A stretch of DNA of 61,655 bases, filler included, from Vannella sp. (Eukaryota): NCBI GenBank assembly GCA_023345925.1. It is 6 parts of 6 records of this genome, joined end to end, with 100 filler letters (N's around TTAATTAATTAA, not from the genome) between each part and the next. Parts side by side here need not be neighbours in the genome. Positions count along the whole stretch, not along the records: positions 1 to 22,469 come from JAJQQN010000019.1; 5 more parts are not named here. The stretch is one strand, 5' to 3'. The notes under the pieces were generated by a model. The model did not search any database. It saw only the letters and a program-made list of their open reading frames with translations, and had not been told where the DNA came from. Both the position numbers and the translations under genes were made by a program. Positions 1 through 12,400 of this stretch are shown here, one piece after another; within the stretch, counting starts at the first letter, position 1; every line of letters starts with the position of its first letter.

Positions 1-75
1 TCCCTCATTTCCCTCATTTCCCCCGACAAATGGAAAGCCGTGTCGGTTACTCATTTCCTTCGGGTCCTTCGCAGG

Positions 76-2112
76 ATGAGTGATGACGAGTTTGGGTATC
101 CCTCTGACTTGGACGAGTCTTTCGGTATGTTCTTTATGATTGGAAGAGGAATCTGGATCTCATGGAGGGTTGTAGGGGACTTGAACAGCGAGGAAGATCA
201 ATCCGACAGCGCGATTGATTGGGATGAGGGCAACGATGGCGACCGCGATATCTACCACTCAGGCAACTCCAGTTCGTACACCAGAGCACGTGACGCCATT
301 ATCTGATTCTTTGGGATAGAACGCAAAGCCTTCCTCTGCTTGACGCTTCCCGAAATCGTGGCAAAGCAAGACGAAGCTATTCAGATGGTCCACACGATCC
401 TTCCTGGCTATTCGTTAGCCTCTTCACGGATCCTGTTGCAGAAGCATCATTGGGATGCTCATAGCCTGCTGGGCGAGCTCACTGAAAGGCCAGAAGCGGT
501 CTGCAAGAGAGCGGGAGTGGCTCCTCCTTCTTCTGAAGATGCACCTTTGAGCCCAACGAAACATGGAACGTGTTTGATCTGCTATGAAGACGGGGAGATG
601 TTCTCGTTGCAGTGCGGCCACGCCTTTTGTCTTGGTAAATCCTCGGTAACTCGTGAACTTTGAGAGCTAACCTCAAGTAGACTGCTGGGATGCCTACCTA
701 AGTATAGAAGTACTTGAGAGGCGGCCAACTTTAGTTTGCTGTGCTAATGATTGTACTTTGGCTATGGATGAACCCACAGTTCTCCATCTTCTTGTCAGTA
801 GACGTGATTCCATTTCGCTCTTTCTCATGGTTGACACAGAAAGAAGAAAGCAAAAGGATGACATACAAGGAGATTCTTACCAACAGTTTCGTCCAGCACA
901 ACCCCCGATGCAGCTGGTGCCCAGCTTCCCACTGCCAAAACGCCATTTTCCTTCTGGATGTTTTAGCAGAAGGAGAAGAGACAGTGCGATGTGATTGTGG
1001 CTGCCAGTTCTGATATCCTTCAAACGCTCTCCTTTTTCTATCTTCTGTTTGTTTCCTTAACCAAATTAGATACCTTCCGATGTTTAGGTCCAGACCACCG
1101 GCCTTGCACTTGCTCAATCCTCTTAGAGTGGAAATCTTTATATCAAGGAAAGTCGGGCAACTTAGACGAGGGATACGTGGCTTCCAATTCTCGCCCTTGC
1201 CCAAAGTGTCGCTCTCCTATTGAGAAGAACAGTGGTTGCAATCACATGACTTGCACATGCGGATATCACTTCTGCTGGACCTGTATGGAGAAGTTTGGCT
1301 CTGGTACCTTGGGTGGCTCTGATGGCTACTCTTCTCATCGTTGTGGAGCAAGCTTTGAGGAAGATGAGAGCGTCAAGACAAAACGAGCCGAGTTGGAACG
1401 ATTCAAACACTTCAGTGAACGATATGAGGCTCATTTAATGTCCTCCAAGCTTGAAACAAGGATGCTCGATAACGAGTTCAAAGTCCTTGGAGCACTCAAA
1501 ACGGAAGGTCTCTTTTGTGACGGATTTGTCCCAGCTGTTCAACAAATATTACAGAACCGCAACACTTTATGCCACAGCTACATCTTTGGATACTATAGGG
1601 CCAAAAAAGTACCTTCTGTGAATAAGGGGATTTTCGAGAACCTTCAATTGGATCTTGAGCGTCATACGGAGCTGCTCTCACGTCTCACTGGGTAGGAATC
1701 CCTCTTCCTTAATCAGTCTTACCGTTATTATCACTCACCAGACCAATGTAGAGAGTTCTCTGCTTACATCCTCTCTGGCGGAGTGGAAGAGATCGATCTT
1801 CGCTTGCAAGCCGTTTTAAATCAGACACGAATTGGAGCGAAGGTTTTAGATGCAGTACTGGACGCTTCCTCTCTTTGGAGTCAAAAGATTGTTTTGGAGA
1901 GTGAAGAAGCAAGTGAAGATCAATCAACAGAAGACATGGGCGAACCTGACGCTCATCCGAAAGATCGAAAAAGGTCCCTGAATAGGATTCCTCCTCCCCT
2001 TTCTGCCGCAGATCGCTCTTTGGAAATGCTCCGTGACGCTGAAGTGGAGAAAGCCAAGCCCAAGAAGAAGAGAAAGGTATTTCCCATTTTCAAGGGGAAA
2101 GCTCGCACATAA
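76..2112 (+). CDS. Ariadne-family RBR E3 ubiquitin ligase (multi-exon)
   Basis: Acidic N-terminus, UBA-like 'RILLQKHHWD', RING1 'CLICYE...CGHAFC', IBR 'CSWCPASHC...C.CG..FC', RING2 'CPKCRSPIEKNSGCNHMTCTCGYHFCWTC' and Ariadne helical domain. The ORF pieces are joined by short GT..AG introns. Confidence 0.93.
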
Positions 2113-2164
2113 TTGAGCTTTTCAATCACCCATTAAACCAAAAAGCATTCTCTGGATGGACTAT

Positions 2165-4137
2165 TCATTGAGAAAGGTCAACAATACTACTCGAACGGCC
2201 GATCAACTTGTCTTGAATAAGTTGGCGCGCCATTTCCAGGTCTCTGATGGTTTGCCTAGATTCTATGCGTTGGGCAATCACAAAATCAGATTCGACTAAA
2301 CACTGAAGAAGATCTGGGAGGGCTGGTCGAGTGGCAAGAGAACCGGTTTTTTCGGCCAGATCCAGAAAGAATGAGCTCCAGACAATCTTGATGGTTTGAT
2401 CTTCAACCTGTTGTCGGATGATAACGCAATAAGACTGTACCTGGGAGATGATCTCGGAGCCGCATTCCGCTTCAGAGAACGACGAAAGAAGCCCTGTCCA
2501 CCATCCCCGTTTACTCGGCTGCTGTGTGGTTGGTTTGACTGTTCTTTCTTCGAATGCAGGATGAGATAAATTGATATCTGCTTCAAGTTAGTCTTGTGAT
2601 GAACTTTGCTCTGCAAAGGCTACTAACAGGCACTTTCTTGGTCTATCAGCTGATTGATCCTGCTAAGAGTATTCTCAAGAGCTCTCTCGAGGAAGTCTTC
2701 ACTGATTTGACGTAACCGAAGCACAAGGAAAGGGAATCGCACGATCTCTTCGGAATCGAAAAGAACTCGACTGCTCTCTGCCACTCGTTCGACAGCTCTG
2801 AGAAGTACTGGGCGGAGTAAAGTAATGAAGGATCTTCCTAGTGCATCGAAAACAGATAGAGAATGAAAGCCCCCTCGCGCATCTTTGTAATCTTCCAATG
2901 GACAAGAACTCGGCAAAGGAACGGATTGAAGCTCCTTTCTCAGATCCGCCCAGACCTTACGAATAGTACTGCAGCTAAAACATTGCTGATAGGTGAGCAA
3001 CGCTCTTTGGCTTCGTTCAACTTACTAAGGAGAAGAAAGATCGCGTTGGTCTACGAGTGCCATGATGGGCTGCTGGATGCCTTCAGTGGCATATCGCCGA
3101 ACCTCGTCGTAATAAGTGGTTTGGATTGATTCAGTAGTAAGTGAGGAGCCCAAATCCCTTAGCCGACGTTGTGCCAAGCGAAGATCCTTTTCAAGTCTGG
3201 ACTGCAAAGCAGGCACATGTTTGGCAATGCTCTTTCGCAATACTTTGCCACATTCTGCCCGCAGGGATTCTATTCCACAATGATGCCGCTGCTGCAGATA
3301 CTCAGAGTCTCCAAGGTTTGCTGTAAACCAACTCTCTTCTCCCAGGGAGTCTGCTGAGGGGTCATTCATCACAGCAAACTTTCCCAAACGGGTATCAAAG
3401 AAGCCATTCATGTGCTCAGAAATCAGAATGGTCTTCCGAGATGTGCGGGGAAGTAAATCCACGTGAGTAAGGACTCCCATAGTTCGGTGCATTTCAGTTG
3501 ATATCAGCGAGTGGGTCAGGCTTGTATTACTGTCACTTCCTGCTCTATGAACAAAGAGGATGATGGGTTCCTTCCTCTAAAGTAAGGCCAGAAGAACTCC
3601 CTTTCAGTCCAAGTCACTTACAATTTGCTCTCCACTGACTTGCTGGAGAAGAATCTCGCGGAATTGAGATACCCAGAGGTGATGAGAATCATGATTGATG
3701 TTGCTTACGATGCCAGGAGTGTCTATCACCGTCAGAGTACTGATAGAAGCGGAGCAAATCGTTACAACAATCTCCTTTCCAACGTTTCCGTCGCTTTCAT
3801 TCAACTCTCTCAGCATTGCAGCCAGCTCCTCAAGGGTCATACCATGCCCCTGATCCAAACCAATGAAAGCAATCGGTTCCAGACGCTCCGCATCTCGGCG
3901 GAGCTGAAGCCGAATGGGCCTTCGAGTGCAAAGGCCGTTTCCTCGCGGAAGCAATCCGCGGAAGCCAACCAACCGCTCAACGAGAGAGCTCTTCCCACTA
4001 GATTGGTCCCCAACCACAACGATCTTGGGCAGCTCCAGCTGGTACCTCTCCAGCAAGCCGGCAAGTTCGTCCACCGCGCTGATCATCTTCCCGCACTCAG
4101 TCCCAAGGCCATCGCCCTTCCCATTGAACGTACCCAT
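2165..4137 (-). CDS. Divergent dynamin-related GTPase (no PH domain, multi-exon)
   Basis: G1 'VVVGDQSSGKSS', G2 'GLCTRRP', G3 'VIDTPG', G4-like 'GVLTHVD', middle domain 'CGIESLR...SIAKHVPAL' and a GED-like last exon ending at TGA 2165-2167. Confidence 0.88.
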
Positions 4138-4295
4138 GCACCCTCCTCCTCTTCCTTCTCCTTCTCTGCTATCTTCCTGCGCTTCGCCGTCCGCCCAGCA
4201 GTGGTACGAACTAAACTGCGCTTAGAGGCCATCCGCTTCCCGCCAGCAGCAAATGAAGGCACTAAGAGGTGCGTATGAAGGTTTGGGGCATTTGA

Positions 4296-6343
4296 ATGGC
4301 GCCTGTGGAGGGGCGGCGGCTGCCAGGGCGCCCTAACTCGGCCCTTTTGGAAGGGGAGAGCCTTTTGGAGGGCTTGGAAGCTTGCCGCTTCTGTGAGAAG
4401 AGTGACTGTGGGTCGTGGGAGTGTCGGGAGAGTGCAGTCATTGCGTGTGGGAGGAGGAAAGCGTGCGGACATTGGTGTGGTGGAGTTAGCGGAGAGGAGG
4501 ATTGCCCTCCTTGCTTGCAGCGCGCGTGTGTGCAGGGGGGTGGCTTTGAAACTGTACGAGACGAGCTTTGTCCATTGTGTGGGGTCAGTAGAAGCGCTGC
4601 TGTGGGAGATCTGGGACTAATGGGAACGCCAGGTGGACGAACTTGGGGCTAAACCCGTCCTTCGGCTTCGCTGTGGCCATTACGTTCATTTAGAGTGTGC
4701 TAGGAGAGCTCTTGAAGTGGGTAGAAGTACTCCCCGGATCTCCTTTGGCTTCTGCAACTGTCCTTTATGCAAACAACCAATGGAGCACCCTGCGCTGACC
4801 CCCGATCTGGCTCCTATTCAGACCCTACGAGACTCTACCCTCTCTCATGGGCGTGCAGTTCTTGCTGAAGAGCAGAACATGACAGATCTCAGTATCCTGA
4901 GGGACCCAGCATCGCCCTATTACTGTGACGAGGAAGGGTACATTCTTGACAAACTCAGCTTCTTCCAGTGTCACCAATGTCAAAACATCTACTATGGAGG
5001 GCGCCAAGACTGTGGAGAAGCGTGGGAAGCGAGCAATCGGCCTGCAAGTGAGTTTGTGTGCGCAAAATGCTTTGGAGAGGCTTCCGTTTCCATCCGGTGC
5101 GCCAGACCAGAACACAGAGACTTTTGGGTGTACAAGTGCCGCTATTGCTGTTCTGTTGCGCAGTGGTACTGCTTTGGTAACACCCACTTTTGCACGGAAT
5201 GCCACAACAGAGTTGGTGAGTTGGAGTTTCGGCCTCCTTTCTCTCAGGAGTGTGCGGGGCCGAGACATTGTCCACTCAAAGTAACTCATCCACCTCATGG
5301 AACTGAATTTATCTTGAATTGTCAGCTTTGCCTGGAAGAACATGAACGAGACCCGATTATCTGGGAGAGAGTGAAGCGACTTCGTTATCGGAAACACTTA
5401 TTTAGACAGGCGGGGCGTCTTGCTTCGCTGCTTGTCCTCTTTTTATTGTTTGCCTCTCCGCTTTATGGCTTTGTGGCTGAGTCAGGACTGCGTTATCATG
5501 CTGTTCGGACTCTGTTTCTACTAATACGAGTTCTTCCCTTGTTTCTCTTGGGTGGAAGTGCTTTGGCATGGTATAGCTATTCCCGATTATGGAGAGCAAC
5601 TCCTTACAGACCTTCTTGGATGACCCGACTGCTGGTGGCGTTAGCTGCTGTCGTGTACTTTCAGATATTTAGTACTTCGGCTCTTTATGACACTCTTGTG
5701 CTCAATGTGAAGATGACTTGGTACATCCTCCGAGTCTCTCTACAATTAGGCGCATCTTATCACTTCATTTTGGGGAGTTGGATAAGACTTTTGCAATGGT
5801 CTGGAGCAATTGTCTTTGTCGAGACCTCCATTGTTGCTTTATACTTTCCTCTTAATCCCCTTCAGACGGTTGCAAAGGACTCTGTCCTCCTTCTCCTTCT
5901 AAGTGGCACTCTTTTCCTTCTATTTGCTTTCCTCTCGGGCTTAAAGAATCAGTTGATGGAGGTAAGATTCGTTCATCTCCTTCTCGAAAGGATTTCATCT
6001 CACTTTCATTGGCCAGATGGCTTCTAAATACCCCGAGAACTTTGCTCGCATTGCGATGCTTCTGGGAATGTGTCATGGCCTGAGAATATTCCCTTGGAAC
6101 CTTCTAAGTGAGAACGGAATCCTCTACTTGGCAATGATTGCGCGGTTGTGCGCGGTTTACTTTTACGTTCGATATTTGAGCCGTCTTCTCCTTGGTAACT
6201 ATCGACGCGCGGACTATGCCTCTTTAGGCTACTGTGCAGCATCAATCATTGTTGCGGAGGGAATGTGCGCCTTCTTCTCTATCAGTTGGACTCAAATGGC
6301 CCGGGGCGCTTCAATGTTCATTGTACACTCGTTCCACGGTTAA
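4296..6343 (+). CDS. RING-Cys-relay (MYCBP2/Highwire/RPM-1 C-terminal module) E3 ligase fused to a multi-pass membrane domain
   Basis: Exons 4296-4583, 4633-5961 and 6017-6343 (~647 aa). Motifs 'CGHWCGGV..E..C.PCL', RING 'CPLC...CGHYVHLEC...PRISFGFCNCPLCK' and tandem-cysteine domain 'CHQC..YYGGRQDC...YKCRYCCSVAQWYCFGNTHFCTECH...CPLKVTHPPHGTEF'. About 8-9 hydrophobic segments follow. Confidence 0.88.
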
Positions 6344-6378
6344 GAGGGGCTTCTATTTATCACTACATGTATCCTATT

Positions 6379-7778
6379 TCACTCATGAAAGTATGGGAAG
6401 GTTTGGAAGTCATTGTACCGCATACTCCCATCGGGCATGAGGTGCAAAGGCTCAAAGCATCGCTCACAATAGAAGCAAGGGTTTTCAGAGCTGATTGGGT
6501 CGTTGACTGTGACCCATTTAGCCGGGTAAATGTCACAAACGCGGCACTTTTTGCGTCTGATCTTGTTTTGGAAAGTTTGAAGCGGATACGCTCTCCTGTT
6601 GGACTCGTCGTCCCTGTGGAACATTCGCACCTCGGTAAAGACCATAATGTGCTCACAATTGCCTCGGTGGCAATACAGATAGGGCGCCCCAACAACTAAG
6701 GAGAGGTCATTGAAGGTGGTTGCTTCCATCTTTCGCTTCGAATAATTCCCGTAAGCTGGTTGGGAGGCTCGGTTGGTATCCTCGACCCATTGAATGATTG
6801 TGTCGCTGTAATCTATGGCATTGGTAGTCCTCAGATCGTTGTAAAACACGTCCCCAATGAAGAAGAAACCTGAACTGGTTGTGCATTCCAGAAATGCTTG
6901 GTCACTGAGGCAATAAAAGCGGTCTTTGAGCTCAGTGAGGCACTGTGAGCCCAGAACCAAAAACTCTTGCATTTTGTGGCCCTTCTCAAGGTGATGAAAA
7001 GCCACACTCAGAACCACTTCTCCTGGGTCAACTGGTTCATGGCCCACTCCAGAGGCCATTTGGGGAGTATAATAGTTCACATCACGCTTTCTGGACTTTG
7101 GCTTGTAAAGCTGGGATTCATCAAGGCAGGCCAGGCGAACTGGCAGTTGCTTTAACTCCTCAAAAGAAGGAATGTCGGCGTAAAGCATCCATTCCTCAGC
7201 CATTTCAGATGGAGTCTGCAAGCTGACGCCTTCTCTATCTGGAGAACTATCTGCAATAGCAAAGTCCTCGTGGTCGCTGTCAGCAGTCTCCTCTTTGGAC
7301 TCTGGATCAAGATCCATCCCAACGGCAGACAGCTCCAAAGCTTGAAGAGTGCGTAGCAATCAGAATCAGCCAATAGCGAGAGAAGGAGGACTCACTTTGC
7401 TGAAGCCAAGTGGTGGCAGGCTCTTCCATCTCATCTGTCTCCTCAGGCGGGCGAAAGGTTGTCCTCTTCTGCAAGGGAGAGTTAGTTCGTCCAAGTGGAA
7501 CCCGGAAGGGTCTACCATCTCTCTTTCAATAGCCAGGCGGATCTGCTCGTCAGGATCAACGATCTCTAAGTCCTCTGTGTGAAAGTGCTGGGGGCTGGCG
7601 CTCACTGGTGAGTGGGCTTTCCCCAGTTCCTTGCCGATCCTTACTTGATTCCTCGGAAGTCTTGAAGAGGTGGTTCGTCCTCCATCAACAAGTGCAGAAA
7701 CACTTCCTTGAACTGTCGGATGTTCACCACTTGAGAGGGAGCCAACACGCAACGACCTGGAACAGCGAGATGGAACAT
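6379..7778 (-). CDS. SNAPC3: snRNA-activating protein complex subunit 3 (SNAP50)
   Basis: C-terminal 'FLVLGSQCLTELKDRFYC', 'FFFIGDVFYND', 'YLYCHRGNCEH' and 'CRVC...PCFYCERCF..LH'. The 5' exons are inferred from GT..AG introns and the start codon is uncertain. Confidence 0.9.
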
Positions 7779-8164
7779 CTTCTTCGACTGGAGCCTTTTA
7801 AAAAATGACTTTCTACATATTCTGAATTTAATGTTCCCTTTGAAACTAATCGTGGAAAGCTGAATGAAACGTTCTGAAACCTTGAGAAAATCCTCGAGCG
7901 AAGGGGAAGAGGGTTTAATCCAATTCAATTGATCTTTCAGACGTCTTCGCGCAACTTCCCGTCCGGACACGTTCAAGCGATCTTCTTGTGGCGACTCCTC
8001 CTAATCGAAGAGACCTGCTTGCTCATCCCACTGCTTCCACAAACAGGGAATCAGATTATGGCGAAAACTCCGCAAAATTCAGCTTTACAACTGTTATGAA
8101 TAATTATTGGTCACTTGCTCCCCCAACCCTCCTTTGATCATTCTCATTGGTCAGTTTGGGAGTC

Positions 8165-8539
8165 ATGGAGTCTGTGAGGGAGATCTCTTCCTCTGCTGTG
8201 CACTTGAACACGGAGCACTTGACGTCTTTGGCAGATGATGATGTGGAGTTCTTGAGTGAGCTGTGGGAGTGCTTTGAGGAAGAATACGTTGGATCGTTGG
8301 CAAAGCTGCGGAGTGCTCTGTCCTCAAAAGATCGGGCGATGGCTGTCCTCAACACCCACAACATCAAAAGTGGAAGCGCCAACCTGGGTGCGGAGCGCCT
8401 GCGTGAGATCTGCGCAGGTTTGGAGGCTGCAGCCAAACAGGAAGACTACGAAACCATCACGGCGTCGTTGTCCAACCTCCAAGCAGCCTACGATGATCTC
8501 TCTGCTGCATTCTCAGAGTGGCTGACTTCTCTCCAATAA
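8165..8539 (+). CDS. Stand-alone histidine phosphotransfer (HPt) protein
   Basis: 124-aa helical protein with the HPt signature 'HNIKSGSANLGAERLREICAGLE'; single exon. Confidence 0.88.
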   Translation: MESVREISSSAVHLNTEHLTSLADDDVEFLSELWECFEEEYVGSLAKLRSALSSKDRAMAVLNTHNIKSGSANLGAERLREICAGLEAAAKQEDYETITASLSNLQAAYDDLSAAFSEWLTSLQ

Positions 8540-8677
8540 GGTCCTCTTCAATGAGACCAGAGCTTGTACTTCTCCAGCCAACGGATCGTTCAACGGCAAA
8601 GGTACCGTGAATAAAGCATGTGGCATCGTGTGAGCTCATCCCATACACCTTCCAAAGAAGCAGAGGAGCCAGTTTGA

Positions 8678-9329
8678 TCAGATTTTATCGAGAAGGCGGT
8701 TGAAGCCTCCTCGCCGGTTCATGTACTGGCGGTACTTGAAGACTGGCGTCTTTTGCAGGGCACCAGAGACGTTTCCCTCCACTTTCTTGGCTTTTGTGGT
8801 GTCAAAGGAGACGGGGAGCCCCATAGCAGCCATCATGGCTTCTTCTGAGCCTTCAGGGAAGTTGTGGGAAGGGCCTTTCTCTTTCTCTGTTGTACTTTTC
8901 TCGTCTGGCTGTCTTTGCTGTCGTTGTTGAGGACTGGGACTTCTTCTTCTCTCTCGTCGTTCCCGTGCCATCTTGCAGAGGTCAGTGAATGGTCACCAAA
9001 CGCACATTTCCTACCTCTTCGAGTTCCCTCTCTCGTCGGCTCTCTCTCTCTCGCGTTGACACATAGTCTCCCGAACGGTAATCTCGATACCCACCTCCTC
9101 TCTCATCCCCACGATCTGAGCGACTGTCCCGGTACGGTGAATAGCGTTCCCTTCGGTGCCGATCCTCCTCATAACGGCGCCTTTCTCGAGGAGGACTCCG
9201 AACTCGGTCGCGCGAGCGCTCCCGATAAGGGCTTCTCTCCCTCACTGGACTGCGTTCTCTCTCCCTCCGAGCATCCGGAGAACGCCGTCCCCGTCCCCGG
9301 TCAGGAGAAGGCGAGCGTCGCCAACTCAT
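8678..9329 (-). CDS. SNRNP27: U4/U6.U5 tri-snRNP 27 kDa protein
   Basis: RS/RE-rich N-terminus, then '[18 protein letters not shown]...[15 protein letters not shown]'. Intron at 8972-9014. Confidence 0.93.
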
Positions 9330-9425
9330 CAAAGAATGGTCTTTAGAGGGTCTTCTTCAAACCGTTGCCTATTTCTAAGATGGTGAACAAGGCTGCATAG
9401 TCAAAATGGGCATTTCCCCGTGGGG

Positions 9426-12400
9426 ATGGTCGGGAGGAAGCCCGGCAAGTCGAGCCTTCCGGGCCGTGTAGGGCACTTCCTACAGCGAGCTACTGGGAAT
9501 GGAGATGTGCCAGTATCTCTCGAAGTTCGGGTGGAGACAGAGGCTCAAAAGAGGTGCTCAGAAGCGGCCCCTGGTGTGGAACTTCGTCGTCGGAAGCGGT
9601 TTGAGGCCTTTGTGGCCCTTCAGATGTGGTCTTTGGAGCGACGCCCACCTGTGTATGTTATCTTTATGATTCAGAAAGAGGGGGGTCTCATCTGCTGCAC
9701 CAGGGCGACAGATACGAAGATGGTGGAGGTGCTAAAGGCTTGGGAGTCCTTTATGGCGTCGTACATTGCGACGGAACCCGAGAACGTGCGTTCATAAGTT
9801 GATATGCTTTCTATATCAACTTGAGACTCACAAAAGGGGGCAGAGCCTGCTCCGTTTAACCTCTTTATTGCGACTTTTCGAACCCAAGTACATGCAATGG
9901 AGCGAACAGCTAGAGTTCGACCATCTGGACCGCCAGAAAGCAGTCCAGGACTGTTTCTATGTACCCTATATCACTCCTCACGAAGCCCAGGGGGTCCTTG
10001 AGCTGCTTATCCTTCGGTTGTCGGAGATCGTTGATGGTAAAGAGCCCTCCTCTGTTATGGGAACCAAGACTCACCCCAACTAGCCATTAGAGAGGGCTTC
10101 AGCCTTCAGAACATGAAAGGGGAGGAGATGCTGTTCCTGTTGAACTTGCTAACTCGGGTACCCGATAACCGGCAGCTGTTCTTCACTCCAGAGTTGGCAA
10201 AGGCATTGGTGGGTCTGATGAAGATGGGATTGGTCCGCCTGCCTCCTTTTGGGGTTGACATCAAAGCCAACAACCAGGAACCCGATGACAAGCAGGTGCT
10301 GCAGGTGCTTCTCGCCAATTGCCTTTCGATTATCATGCACTTTTGCTCTTTTGGAGGCACCTGGGCTCGACTGGATCCAGAGTTGTTTGAGTACTCCTAT
10401 GCGGCAAGTGATAGGGAAATCGCCAACACAGTGAAGCAAGAGCTCCACCGATTGGGAATACTGAATGTTATCAAAGGATATTTGGACCACCTAGCTGCAG
10501 TCTCTGTTGCCCAAGGAGGCCTTCAAGGCTCTCAAAGTAGCTTCCGCTTGCTTTTATTGAATGCTTTGGGATCCCTACTGGCTCACTCTCACGATATGAG
10601 AGGTGGAATTATACAAGCAGCGGTCTTGGATAGTGTTGTACTTTGCATGGGTTGGCCATTGGCCTATCAAGGACGGAATGAGTAACTATTCCACTTCTTT
10701 CGCTCCAACAGATTACTTAATTTCTTCAGGAGCTTCTCCGCCGTAACAGATCCCTCACTGAGGCAAGATTTTCGTACGCAATTGCTCTGCCTTCAAATTT
10801 TCTGCACCGCTGGGTGAGCTTCATCTTCCTTAAGTTCCCAATTGATACTTACCTACTTAGGCGTAATTACCCACAGAATGTACAACGCATAACAGCTCTG
10901 GGAGGGTGGGACCGTTTACAAGAATTCGTCTTGTGGACAACAGAGGTGTTTTCTGTCAATCCAGTCATTTTAAGAGAGAAAATCTCGACTACACCTCAAA
11001 ACTCTGGAACCGTTTGGAGCTCAGGCTCCCGAACTAAGCCTGCAAGCAAGCAAAAGCGTGAGAAGGTGGCTTCTGGCAAATCCTCTGATCCTGTCCATTT
11101 TCTTGATCACCGTGACACACTTTTCCCTCTCATGCCTCCATCCTTGGATCCAGCTTATGCTACAAAGGAGCTTTCACAGATTTTCATGATTCTCTTGGAA
11201 ATGAGTAGTTATTGTGACGAAGAGATCCACCGCACTCCTGTACTGCCCATTGTCACCCTGTCTCAGGGGAGAGAGATTGAGAAAGCACCTGTGGTACCCT
11301 CAACTGGAGCTCGTATTATTATTGAAGCGTTGCAAGGACTCTTCACAAGAGTTCCTCGATCCTCAGATGCTCCTCATGTCGAGCGGATCAGATCCAAGAT
11401 AGAAAATCGCCATCCAGAGCTTCAGCTACACGTCCTTGATCTTGTGGCAAAAGTCATCTCAATCTCCCGAAACGCACAGGTCTTATTGGATCGCTTTGGA
11501 TTCTGGGAGACGATAGTGCATTCTCCCATCTTTCACTTTTCTGATCCAATCTGTTCAGGGGAAGATTTGGCAGTCATTCCCATGATTGAAAACGTTCGTG
11601 ATATGGTGCATGATTTTCTTTTGTTTGCAGCATCCAAGGAAATCTCTGGTTCACTGGAATTGGGAGCACAGTTGATGAGTTTCCTACAAAAATTTAGTCG
11701 TGATCTGCAGAGATCCAACCTAATGTTGCAAATTCTTACCTCAATGTTAAAGAGGAGCCCACGATGCCTCCAAGACATTGTCCGAAGGTTGAACATCTTC
11801 CCCATTGTGGTCATGGTCGCTCGCCATTACCGTTCTTTGGCACGGCTTACTTGCCATTGCACAAGGGTCCAGGTCAAATCAATCGTTCCATCCGGGAAAC
11901 TTTTACTAAGCAGCCGCTTTCAGCTTCTCTCCTTCCTTGGAGCTTGTGTAGTAGGCAATGAGGAAAACAAGATGCACATTATTCGTGATGGCAAATTGGT
12001 AGACACTCTCTTGGACATGGTTGTCGAACCAAAAATGAGGAAGCGAGCCCTTTCTCACTTACTCAGCTTAATGGGAGTTCAAATTGACTTTGAAACTGCC
12101 GGTGCCTCCGCAGCACCTACCAAGGAAGCAGTGGAGCAGTGTTATGAAAAGTACTTTCTCCTGTTTCCTCGAGCGCAGAAGAGTCCACTCCCTGCAAACT
12201 TTCAACTCCTTTTGGCTCTGGTGAATGGCATTTCGGATGTCATTCTGATGAACTCATGGTCCCTCAAAGTGTTTCGGAAAATCAACGTCTTTCAACACCT
12301 AGTTCAAGTACTGGAGCGAGAAAAGCGGCCTCAGCGTCTCCCACATGTATTTATGGCTGTTATGGACGCGTTTCGTGCTCTGACACTTTGCCACGAGCCC

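Noticed and set aside
1..24. TCCCTCATT tandem repeat as a telomere-like repeat
   Set aside because: Only about two units, directly upstream of a gene; insufficient evidence.
40..2112. Fragmented ORFs as evidence of stop-codon reassignment or programmed frameshifting
   Set aside because: The breaks coincide with short GT..AG introns, and TAA, TAG and TGA all serve as genuine terminators in the window.
9000..9330. Purine/pyrimidine-skewed repetitive stretch
   Set aside because: Encodes the ordinary RS/RE domain of SNRNP27.
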